A model generated the notes under the pieces. It was not told the DNA's origin and ran no database searches. It saw only the letters and a program-made list of their open reading frames with translations. DNA of 64,000 nt from positions 26,474,001 through 26,538,000 of the forward strand of contig NC_045712.1 of the NCBI RefSeq assembly GCF_009834535.1, read 5' to 3'. Each line of letters begins with the position of its first letter. Position 1 is the stretch's first letter. Made by a program: the position numbers and the translations under genes. The DNA is from Camelus ferus. Taxonomy: Eukaryota. Below, in pieces: positions 49,208-60,813 of this stretch.

Positions 49208-51552
49208 ACAGTTTTGTTCTGGTCCAGTTCCATTGCTCTGGAGCCTCTGGAGTCTCACAGACAGGAAGGATGGTTGGGAGGAGAAAAGGAGCCGGGACGT
49301 CCAGATCATGGCTAATTTCCTGAGTTGTTGGCACGACGGGTGCATGAGGGTTTCTCAGGATCAGATGTGGAGTCAGGGGCCAACCAACCTGGGGCAAGGC
49401 AGAGGGGCCTTTCCTGAGAAACACGTCTGCTCTGACAGGCTGTGAGGACAACCAGGAAAGTCAGATGCTAAGCAGGGACAGCAACACCCCCATCCAGGCA
49501 GTTGTAGTCTGAGGACCTGACAGGCGACCTTCCAAGGACCCAGACTGCGGTCCAAAGTCTGAGCAAACGCAAAGGTGCAGAGGCAGGAAGCACGAGAGGA
49601 TTTCAAGGGGATCTGATACCCGTCACCGTGGGTTTTTGCTAGTTATTTTCTACTGCAATCACCTCCTTTTCTTCCTCCTTCTTGGGAAAAGATACAGCTT
49701 GACCAAGAGGCCACTGGGGCAACACCCGGACTGTGACACCAGGTTGCACAGAAGCCCCTCTCCTTCCTTTTCGAAGGGTGAGTGCGAAACCAGCACATCC
49801 GACCAGGCTGTTACCTTCTGAGGTGCCCCATTCCGTTGCCCAGAGTCCCCAGGTCACAGGTGGCCATGGCCTATCCCAGGCCTTCAGTCTCAGGGCCATT
49901 CCATGGACACTGGATTAGAATTGGCATCTGGTCTCTGGGATCCTCTAACACATCGGCTCATTCACTTTCCCAGCTGGACCCCCTCCCTCCTCCCTCTCGG
50001 CCACTCCATCCTGGTGTCTCAACCTGAGCCCTGGAGAGGGAGTACCTTGGGGACAAGTCAGAAGAGACTTTGTGAGGCTGTGGGAGCTAGATGGGGAGTT
50101 GCTGTTTCTCTGGTTGAAGGTCAGATAAGGCTTCACAAAACGAAAAGTCACGGCAGTCCGAGGGATCAGGTGTAGCGATATGGAAGAGCAGAGGCTCCGA
50201 GGGGCCTGAGAGGTTGGGGTGGACGTGGCGGCCTGACACAGGGTTTGCAGTGAGCACCTGAGGACAACCTGATCCAGACCCTGAGCCCTGACTCAAGGCG
50301 GGAGGTTGATGGACCCTGGACAATGGCAGGGAACACTGGGCTGTGTGTGGGAAGAGCCTGGAACCAGAAAAGGTGGAGTCTGGAGGTTTGGCTACACTTC
50401 AGAGGAGAGGAGATGGTGGTAGGACAGGGCAGGGTGACAGTGGGGACAAGGGCCCTCAGAGAAGAAGGAGCAGGTGGGGTTCCCAGGCTCTCAGCTCAGG
50501 GCTCCCGTGAGGGCTCCTAGCCAACAGCCCCAGACAGCCCTGTGCTGACAACCAGGAGTGTTCACAGAGTGTTGCCTCGGACCACAGACCAGTGATGTGT
50601 GTCCCTGATAACTAGTATCTGAGGAAGGGATGTGCCCAGAATGCATGAGAACTGCTTTGAGAAGCTGTACAGATCACGTGTGCAAGCCCTGCAGTAAAAG
50701 TTTTATTTAAAGTTGAGTACTTAGATTAGACAGAGCAGGAGGCACCCAGGAGGCCAGGAAGTTGGACCCAGGAAGGTGTCCCAGGGGAGAATGGGGGAGG
50801 GCAGTTTCAGTAGACAGAGGGGTCCCTGGCACCTGTGAAGGCAAGGACAAGGCTTCAGCATGGCCGTTGTATCATTCGAAAGCTGTTAACAGGCATGGAC
50901 CTTGAGTTGAAAGAGGACAATAGTGGGGTCAGAGTGTAGATGAGCCTTCTCTTACTGGCTGTCTGGGTAAGGGGAACAGTGTGCATCTGGAAGGGCTGGG
51001 ACAGGACATTTTTAGAGTGAAGAAGGCAAAGGAGAAGAATCCAGAAGAGGGGACAGTGGAGGAGATGCCCTGACTGGCTGAGGGCTGGGTCCGCAGAATA
51101 GGACGGTGTGGCCCTGATGTCTGCCTAGGGAGTGGATGGGTGTGAAAGGCACTAGATGGGGGTGGTCCTGCCATCTATTCATGATATGTTAACTGAGTGC
51201 CTACTGGGGGCCAGGAGGCCCAGGAGCTGGAGGTTGTGTGGTGAATACACTCTTTCAGCCTGATTCTGAGGAGATCACAGTGAGGAGGCCGAGAGGGTGT
51301 AGGACACAGCCATTCCCTCTGTATCCTGGAGGACTCAACCCTCTGGAGCAACCCTGCCCATGAAACTCCCCATGGGGCCCAGGAGAGGCCGAGATGCTGT
51401 CAGGGAGATGGAGAAACCTTTTCTTCACCTTCCACAGGAGGCAGACCTCACCCACTGCCCAGCAATCCCCTGAGGCAAGAGCGGGGCCTGAGGCAAGTCC
51501 AGCTCACACCCTGGCCGGGGGCAGGGATGGGGCAGGTGGGGAAGGCTCCTGC

Positions 51553-51587
51553 TTGAGCAATTGCATCAGGCCCAGGCTGAGCATAAA
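51553..51587 (+). promoter_or_regulatory. Cathelicidin C proximal promoter module (C/EBP + TATA-like)
   Basis: TTGAGCAATTGCATCA...CATAAA intact. Confidence 0.65.
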
Positions 51588-51626
51588 GGAGGGTCCTGTG
51601 GCTGGGAGGAGGCAGATTCGCGGACC

Positions 51627-53476
51627 ATGGAGACCCAGAGGCAAGCCTCTCCCTGGGCCACTGCCACTGTGGCTACTGCTGCTGGGACTAGCGGTGCTTG
51701 GGCCAGCGCCCAGGCCCTGAGCTATAGGGAGGCGGTGCTTCGAGCTGTGGATCGCCTCAATGAGCAGTCCTCAGACCCCAATCTCTACCGCCTCCTGGAG
51801 CTGGACCTGCCGCCCAAGGCTGTGAGTCGGGAGGGCTGGGAGGGAGGCGTCTCCCGCCAGGCTTGGCCACACTGTCCCTCCCTTTGCTCGCGCTGTACCT
51901 CCTGTCAGGATGGCACCTCTCCCTCTAGGTGGGATCCCACCTCTAACAGAAATCTTCCCAGAGCTGGGTCCCTTCCCGTCGTGAGAACCTTCTGAGTGGC
52001 ATCTATGCTGTGGGAACAGAGCCCTGACAGCCCGCTCAGGCTCCAGGGACTCCTTGGGGCTCCAGGGATACGCCGGGGTCACTGGCTCTGGGATGTGACT
52101 TCCCTGCTTCCAGTCCCCTGTGCACCCCATTGTCTTCCCACCAGGGAAGGGCTGTGCTCAGCCCGGGTGTTCCAGTTTCAAGGTCTTTCCCTGCAGGTGT
52201 CCCCTGACTTCCCTCAGCCTCTCCAAGTAGAGTTGCCCCTCAGGAGAGCGGGTATGAGTTCCATTCCTGCTCCCTGTGTGGTGGGAGCTCAAGACTAGGC
52301 TGTGTCCTCCTCTCCTCTGCACCCAGCTCCCAGCCCAGGGCCAGGCACATGGGACGGGCTGTCAAGGGGGCTGTCCTGCTGGGGGCAGGGACACAGGTCA
52401 CACAAAGAAGCATGAGCCTGAGCCAGTCTCCCTACTTTGATCCTTGAGCAGGACGAGGACCCAGATGCCCCGAAGCCTGTGAGCTTCACGGTGAAGGAGG
52501 ACCGTGTGTCCCAAGAGGACACAGCTGCCTCCGGAGCAGTGTGACTTCAAGGAGAATGGGGTGAGGCTGGGGGCTTCGGGCGCTGGTGGGTGCCTCCCAA
52601 GACCCAAACAGGAGCCTTGGGGCAGGTGGTGGTTAGGAGCCCCTGTGGTGAGTCTGGGTGTTTATGGCTCAGGGGTTCCAGTGTGACTTGGAGTCTCCCC
52701 TTCCAGGTGGTGAAACAGTGTTTGGGGACAGTCAACCTGTACCAGCTCAGGGACAACAACTTCGATATAACATGTAATGAGGTGAGTGACCCCTTATGGG
52801 CTGCAGGGGCTACTGATGGAGGTGGTGTGTGAAACAGCCTTTGGACCAATTCCCCGCTGTGCCATCCCTGTAGTGGCAGGAGGGACCTCCTCCCCTGGCT
52901 CCCCCTTACCTGAGCCCCAGGTCTCCAGGCCGGGCTCTGCAGTCCCTTAGAGCAGTGGTTCTCTCAGTGGGCTCCTCTCTTGGGAACTAGAGAAAAAGGC
53001 TGATTCTCACGCATGACTCAGACCTACAGAATCATTGTGTGATGTGGAGCCCAGTAATTTCTATTTTAAGAGCCCTTCTGAAGGATTTCTGAGTGTGCTG
53101 AAGCTTGAGAGGCAGTGACTAGAGACAGGACCTTTCTGCCCCTGCTCCCGTCCTGCTTTTCTGAGATGGGTTTGTGCCCCTGGGAAGCCCCCTGTCATCT
53201 CTGGACCTTGGTCCTCATCTGTCTGTGGGAGTGATGATTCAACCACGTGCTCCAAGTGACACAGACAAGGAGGTCTAATGGTGCCTCAAGTCTCCTTCGG
53301 TGTTCCAAGATAGAAGATTTTCAGATGGGGAGGGATCTGGTCTTGTCCCTAAGTCAGTCCTCACAAGAATCCTGTTTCCTTCTGCTTCACAGCTCCAAAG
53401 TGTCGGGTTATTTGGCCCGATTCTTGGTATCGTCCGTGCCGGTGTGAAATTGGTTCTAGATAAGTTTGGCAAATAA
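51627..53476 (+). pseudogene. Cathelicidin gene C (pseudogene as assembled, possibly intact gene with sequencing indels); exons 51627-51821, 52452-52560, 52707-52781, 53393-53476
   Basis: Exon 1 is 195 nt: three single-base deletions scramble the signal peptide ([29 protein letters not shown]) and then restore frame. Exon 2 is 109 nt: a +1 G near 52500 leads to TGA at 52542-52544. Exon 3 is 75 nt (extra AAC). Exon 4 LQSV|GLFGPILGIVRAGVKLVLDKFGK*. Splice sites, promoter module and AATAAA (53558) are intact. Confidence 0.75.
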
Positions 53477-53557
53477 TCGGATAGATTGGTGATAAAATTC
53501 GCCCAGGGTAGAGTCCTAATGATCACCTAACTCTGGCTCAGTTGTTCAAACTCTGGA

Positions 53558-53563
53558 AATAAA
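53558..53563 (+). terminator. Poly(A) signal, gene C
   Basis: AATAAA at the position homologous to gene B. Confidence 0.65.
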
Positions 53564-56500
53564 TTCTTATGAATTTCAAATTCACCTGTCTCTTGTCCTA
53601 CTCTTACCAGGGGTCCTTAACCCCCATTGCCCTCTTGAGTGTGTGTGTGTGTGTGCGCGTGTGTGGTCACTACCGTGAACACAGAGATGGGTGTGGCAGC
53701 TGTTCCTTCCAGGAGGGCAGGGGGAGGCAGCAGGGCCGGGAGGGACAGGACAGGGCTCCATTCTCAGGAACCCCATGCCCTTCACACTCCCCCGCCCTCC
53801 TCCTCCTCCACCAAGTAGGGGCTTAAAGAGACCTAGTCTGTGTGCAGTGCTGCTGGGGATGCTGTTCCTCCTGGTATGGAGGTGACAGTCCAGGAGGACC
53901 AGGTCGCTTGTTAATCACTCGGGGAGACACAGCTCTGTCTCCTGCTGGTGGGCTCTAAGGTCAGCCTGCAGGTACAATGTCCAGATTGTTCCACTTCCCT
54001 CACAATCTGAACACTGAAAGAGCCCACCCTTCTTGGCTTTTGCTCTGGGCATTGAGACACATCAGTCTTTCTCCTGCGGGGTCTCAGATTTCAGATGTGG
54101 GCTTGTGTTCAGGGATCCAATGGTACCACAATTGGCACCATTAGAAGCAAGCCTCCTGCTCATCGGGGTGAAGGGCTCTGCCTGAGTGAGAGACACACAC
54201 AGTGACACACAGGCCACATGTCTGTTTGCCTGGGGGTTTCAGACACTGTCCCTGTCCTGCCCACTCCCCACTCTGTAGCTGACCTTTGCTGGGGGGCAGA
54301 CTGGAATCACGGGGGAGGCGGCAGTCCCGGGAGCAGCCTCAACCAACCATCGCTGGGACTTTTCCCTCATTGGTGGAAACGTCTCTTCTGTTCCTCACTC
54401 CTTGGGGGGCCCACTCCCAGATGTGTCCCCCCTCCCTGAGGTCCCCAGCTGGGTGGAGCCCCTGTCCCCGCTTCAGTGACCTGTCTATTGACTTGTCCTC
54501 TTCTGATGTCGATTCTGCCCGGTCTCACTTCTCTATTTTTCTGCTGGTGCTTCAAAGGAATCGCCTCCCAGAGCACCTGCTTCCTCTTGAATGCTGGCCT
54601 GAGCTCTGCTCCTGGGCCAACCTGCACCAACACACAGAGCCCCGTGTGTCAGAGGGACAGCGGGCGGGACCGCGCAGAGCACGTGCTCTGTAATCTGTCA
54701 GGCTCGTCTGTTCTTGGGGAGCAGTTGGGGCTGATTTCAGGCAGGTTAGAGGAACCCATGCTTCTCACTCTACGTCACCCCAGGTTGAGTGAGGTTCTAC
54801 AGAGGAAACTAAGGGAATTCCTTCTGTCTGCCGCTGGGTACTTCATTGCGACAGGCAGAACAGAGACCGGGGGAGGATCTGAACCACGTCACTGAGCCCC
54901 CCAGCCCCAGACAGGAGCCTGCAGGTGCTGTGGGGGCTGGGGGCCCTGTTGGGGATGGGTGCTGAGGCTCAGGCTTCCGAGGGCAGACCCTAGGAGTGGT
55001 CTGGGATTGGCAGTGTGGGGACCGCCTGAGAGGGCTGGAGCGCGGTAAGGGCTGAAACTGGGAGTGTGTGCGAAGGAATCGGTCTGTCATAACCCCCGTT
55101 ATTAGGTTGCTGCGGAGGGAGGAGCGGAACTCCTCACTCTGCCTGGCCCGCTGGCCCCTGGGAGCTGTGGGAGGGCAGAGTGCTGGGGCAGAGGCGGGGC
55201 CCAGGTCTGAGCCCATTCTCAGAATGAGCTAAGTTCAAGGTTGTTGTGTGGGTTTGGCCGCTGCAGCTGTTCAGCCTCCAAGACATCCATTTACACCTGT
55301 GCATGAACAAGGTCCCTGTGCTCAGTGGGCAGGGTTGTGGGCTGTGATGCTTGCCCCGGAAGACAGCCCCCAAAATTTATCTTGTTCACTCTGTCTGTGC
55401 CTCCCTAGTGGTTCTAACTGGGGCCACAGTTGTGGACATTCGCCCTCACTGGCCCTGAAATAGGTAAATGAACGGTGACTGTCCCTGCTGAGCAAGGCAT
55501 CCCCTGCTTGGAGGTCACGTCCACTGGGGAGAGATTTTCTATGGAGAGGAGGGGAGATGCCCTCCTCTCTCCAGCCCCATCTCACTGAGTTTGGTAACTG
55601 CTCTCAGAGCAGCTCTGGGACCCTTCCCATCGCCAAGGCAAAACCTGCTTCTGGGGTTGTCATAGTGACAACACTGTGAAGAGCACCTGGGCCCACGGAG
55701 TCCTACACCCATCGTGCCTCCTCCTCCTGCTCCTCCTCCCTCCTCACCCACTTCTTTTTAATTGTAAGCATTGTTAAGGGACATATCCTCCTTATAAAAT
55801 ATTCAAGCAATCCTAGTACAAATACACTCCTTTTGACAACTTGCTTTCCTGCCTCACGCATCACAATCTCCACATTAGAAACAACCTCCATTCATCAATC
55901 GTGTGAGTGTCTGTTCTGATGTTTTTTCTAGACATGTATATACATATAGGCACATAAAGATACCGTGTCTTGCTTTATGGTGACTGATGTTTACATAAAT
56001 GGAATCAGTTAGTACGTTTATTTTGCAATTGGCCTTTTCCCCTTAAAGATACATCTGGCAACTTTCTAGTTTTAAAACCTTCAATTGAAATATTACAACT
56101 ACATAAGAAAAACACACCACTGATAAATGGACAGCTTGCTGAGTGCTTGCTATGTGAACGCCAAAGTGTAATCAGCACCCAGAAGTCTCCTCCCCCTTCT
56201 ACCCTTAACCATGACCCCGACTTTGAACGCCACAGATCAGTGATGCCAGATTTTGAAATGTGTAGAAAATAGAACCATACCGTATATACGCTTTTCAGGT
56301 AATTTCTTCATGCAACATGTTTGTGAGAATCCTCCGTGTTATTGTGTGTAATTATCTTCGTTCATATTTTGTTGCTAAGTTGTAGTCCCGCTGTATAAAT
56401 ATACCAGAATACGCTTATTCTTTTACTTGTGAAGGATATTTGGGTAGTTGCCAGCTCATTTTTGAAACGGCTGCACTGTAGTCCATATGGTGGACATAGC

Positions 56501-59294
56501 ATTCGCACCAATACGTGTCTCAAGGGTTTCTAGTTCCCCAACTCGGCCCAACAAAGATACAAGGAAGCACCATGGTTTCTTCCTCTCCCATGCACGTGAG
56601 TGAGGCTCCCGACAAGTGGGACTTCAGGGGGACGCCGACAATGGCCTGTGCTGTGGCAGGCTCTCCATGTGAGCATGTCCTGGGGGTGGCTATGGAGTGG
56701 ATGGCTGCTGTCCCTCTTTCCCCCAGGAGTCTGGAAGGCTCTGTAGAGACTGGGACTCTGATCCTCATGTCCAAGTTCGTATGGGAGGAGTTTCTCTATG
56801 GAGGAGAAGAGGGCCTCCCATGCATGTGTAAGAAATCTCCCATTTTACAAACCAGGAGAAAGAGGTGCAGTTGGTGAAGGTCTGGTTTAAGGTCACGTAT
56901 GTGCTCCCCAGGTTGGGCAGAAGGCAGGACCAGAGGACAGGTCGCTCAGCCCTGACCCTGGCTCCTTCTCTTGTACCATTTTGAAGTCCAGGGCTTGGGG
57001 CTGGGATAAGGAAGTGTCTAAACACAGGTGAGACTGTGCTTTTTCCAGTTGGGGGTTTTAACTGCAGGATGGGATGTCTGCCTCAACCAGACTGGGATGG
57101 GAAATAGAGGGGGATGGGAAAGGAGGGAACCCACGTAGGGTGCCAGGCGGTGGAAACACACTCTTACCAGCTCCAGCAGGACCGTCTGCTCCCACCTCTT
57201 GGCTGGGGTGTCCTCTGTTGGGTTGGGGGGAACGTTAGGAGAGAACCCAAGGCCTAGCCTGACCATCTCGAGGCACAGCTACTGTGACCTTGGAGACCCT
57301 CCCAGTCCTGACCCGGCTCCTTAGACCCCCTTCCCTCTCACCCTGCTCCTCTCGCTGTCTAAGCAAGAACTCAGCCAGGGAATGCAGGAAATGGAGGCAG
57401 TGCCCAGATGCGCCTGTCTACAGCTCACCCTCCCGCTCCCCGTGTGGGCTTCTCAGTTGTGTCTGAGACAATGAGAGCTGGGCTCCCACTCATTGCTGCT
57501 GCGAGTTCCCACCAGGGCAGAGTTTTCCCAAAGAAGTCACAGCTGATAAGAGGCCAACCAATGATCAGACACATGTCTGCTGGACTCCAGAGTCTAAGGA
57601 CCCATCGAGCCCTCGGGGGCCGCTTTCTGCCCTGTTGATAATAAGAGATGCTGTTTCTGGACCATCAATCCTGGTCTCTTTGGTCCCAACTTCTTTCCGT
57701 GGGTTGACTCCTCTATCAGACCTCATCCTTGATCAGCCACCTGTCCCCATGGAAGGATGGGGAAGGGGACCTCAGTCCTAAGGTTTAGGAAACACAAAGG
57801 TGCAGAGGCAGGAAAGCACAGGGAGGATTTCAGGGGGACCTGATACCTGGTCACCGTGGCTATTGCTAGTTATTTTCTCCTGTAATCACCTCCTTTTCCA
57901 ACTCTGACTTGGGAAAATGATACAGCTTGACCAAGAGGCCACTGGGGCAACACCTGGACTGTGTTACCAGGTTGCACAGAAGCCCCTCTCTCCTTCCTTC
58001 TCCATGGCTGAGAGTGCAACCAGGGCCATCTGTCCAGACTATCGCCTTCTGACTTGCCCCAGCCAAACACCGAGAATCCCACAGGTCACCTGAGGCCAAT
58101 TGGTACCCCAGTCATTCCATGGGAGACTGGATTAGAACTTGTGTCATGGTCTCTGGGCCACTGTAACACATTGGCTCATTCATTCTCCCAGCTGAGCTCC
58201 CTTGTCCTCCCACACTGGCCACCTCAGAGCCCTGGAGAAGGGGTCACTTGGGGACAAGTCAGAACAGACTTCCTGAGGCTGTGGGAGCCAAGATAGGAGT
58301 TGCTGTTTCTCTGGTTGAAGGTCAGACAAGGCTTCACATGGTGGAAGGTCACAGCAAGCAGAGGGATCAGGTGCAGAGTCGGGAGGAAGGGAAAGAGCTC
58401 GAGACAGGCCTGAGAGGTCGGGGTGCACGTGGCAGCCTGACCTGAGCATGCGGGGCAGCGAGTGAGGACCGTGGGAAGCATCAAGGTTCAGACCCTGATG
58501 CCGGGAGGAGGTGTGTGAGCTGCTGAAGGCAGGGGGTGAAATGGCCAAATCGGCAATTTGATGGAGCCCCCAGACACAATGTGGAAGGAGAATTGATTTC
58601 TAGAAGAGCCTGGAACCAGAGACGGTGGAGTCTGGAGGTTGTCACTACACTTCAGAGGAGAGGGGGTGGTGGCAGGACAGGGCAGGGGTTACGGGGGGAC
58701 AGGGAGGGCCCTCAGAGGAAGAAGGAGCCAGTGGGGGCTCCCAGGCTGCCAGCTCAGGGCTCCCGTGGGGGCTCCCAGCCGACAGCCCCAGACAGCCCTG
58801 TGCGGACAGCCAGGGTTGTTCACAGGAGTCTTGACTCAGAGACACAGACCAGTGATGTGTGTCCCTGGTAACTGGTATCTGAGGAAGGGATGTGCCCAGG
58901 AATGTGTGAGGACTGCGAGGAGAAGCCATCTGGGTGCACCTGTGCAAGCCCTGTGTATTACGAAGAGGGTCCTGGGAGGAGACGGAGAAAAAAGAGGAAA
59001 CAAGGTGGCAGGAGGGGACTCAGGAGAGCGACACCAGCAGAGAATGGGGCAGGAGGCGGTTGCGGGAGGACAGAGGGAAGCCCAGAGCCTGTGTAAATAA
59101 AGACAGCGCGTCAGCATGGGTTTTGGATCCAGCGACGGCTGGCCAGCTTATAGGGCCTTGAGTGTGAGAGAAAACACATTGGGGTCACGATGCGGGTGAT
59201 CCGATCTCAGGCTTGGTTGTGGGAAATCTCGGGCTTGGTTTTGGGAGGCAGGACAGCAGGACAAGATAGTGGGGTCTGGGGACACGACATTTTT

Positions 59295-60180
59295 ATTCAT
59301 TTTTTTTATTGAAGTATTGTTGAGTTACAGCGTTGTGTTAGTTTCTGGCATACAGCATAGTGATTCAGTTATACGTGTATGTATTTCTTTTCATATTCTT
59401 CTTCAGTACAGGTTTTTACAGGATAGTCAATATAGTTCTCTGTGCTATACAGTAGGACCTTGTGTGTCTATTTTACATATAGTAGCATCTGCTAATCCTG
59501 AACTCCCAGTTTATCCCTCCCCACCCCTTTCCCACTCCTGGTAGCCATAAGTTTGTTGTCTATGTCTGTGAGTGTGTTTCTGTTTTGTAAATAAGTTCAT
59601 TTGTGTCGTTTAAAAAGTCCACATATGAGTGATATCATGTAGTTTTTGTCTTTCTCTTCCTGGCTTATTCACTTAGTATGATAATGTCTGGGTCCATCCA
59701 TGTCGCTGCAAAAGGCATTATTTTATTCTTTCTTATGGCTGAGTAGTATTCCACTGTATATAAATACGACAGCCTCTTTATCCAGTCGATGGACATTTAG
59801 GCTGTTTCCATGTCGTGGCTATTGTAAACAGTGCTGCTATGAACATTGGGGTGCAGGTATCTTTTCGAATTAGAGTTTCCTCTGGATATATGCCCAGGGT
59901 TGCTGGATTATACAGTGAGTCTATCTTTAGTTTTTAAAGGTCTCCACTGTTTTCAATCACAGTTTCACAAAATTACACTCCCATCAACAATGTAGGAGGG
60001 TTCCCTTTTCCCTAGACCCTCTCCAGCATTTTAATAATGGCCATTCTGACCAGTATGAGTTGATACCTTGCTGTAGCTTTGATTTGCATTTATCTGATAA
60101 TTAGCCATATTGAGAATCTTTGCACGTGACTATTGGCCATCTGTATGTCTTCATTGGGGAAATATCTGTTTAAGTCTTCA
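59295..60180 (-). mobile_element. Mirror copy of the truncated L1 upstream of gene D
   Basis: Reverse complement of 36913-37798 with the same flanking TSD. Confidence 0.9.
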
Positions 60181-60738
60181 GGACAAGACATTTTAGGTTG
60201 AGAAAGGCAGTGGAGAAGAATCCAGGAGAGGTGACAGATGGAGCGCAGCCCCTCACTGGCTGAGGGCTGAGTCTAGAGAGCAGGATGGAGGGTTCTTGAC
60301 TGTCTGCCCAGGTGCTGGCTGACTGCATCAGGCTTTGGTTGGAGGTGGTGCTGTCATCCATTCATCGAACTTTAACTAGATGCCTACTGGGTGCCAGGCG
60401 GTGTGTAGAGATGGAGGTTGTGTGGTGAATACACTCCTTCAGCTTGATTCTCAGGAGGTCACAGTGAGGAGGCCGAGAGGGTTTAGGACACAGCCTGGTC
60501 CCTCCGTCTCCTGGAGGACTCAACCCTCTGGAGCAACCCTGCTCATGAAACTGCCCCATGGGGCCCAGGAGAGGCCGAGATGCTGTGAGGGAGATGGAGA
60601 AACCATTTCTTCACCTTGCACAGGAGGCAGACCTCACCCACTGCCCAGCAATCCCCTGAGGCAAGAGCGGGGCCTGAGGCAAGTCCAGCTCACACCCTGG
60701 CCGGGGGCAGGGATGGGGCAGGTGGGGAAGGCTCCTGC

Positions 60739-60773
60739 TTGAGCTATTGCATCAGGCCCAGACTGAGCATAAA
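60739..60773 (+). promoter_or_regulatory. Cathelicidin D proximal promoter module (variant C/EBP site + TATA-like)
   Basis: TTGAGCTATTGCATCA...CATAAA; one substitution at 60745 relative to the other three copies. Confidence 0.6.
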
Positions 60774-60813
60774 GGAGGGTCCTGTGGGCTGGGAGGAGGC
60801 AGACTCGGGGACC

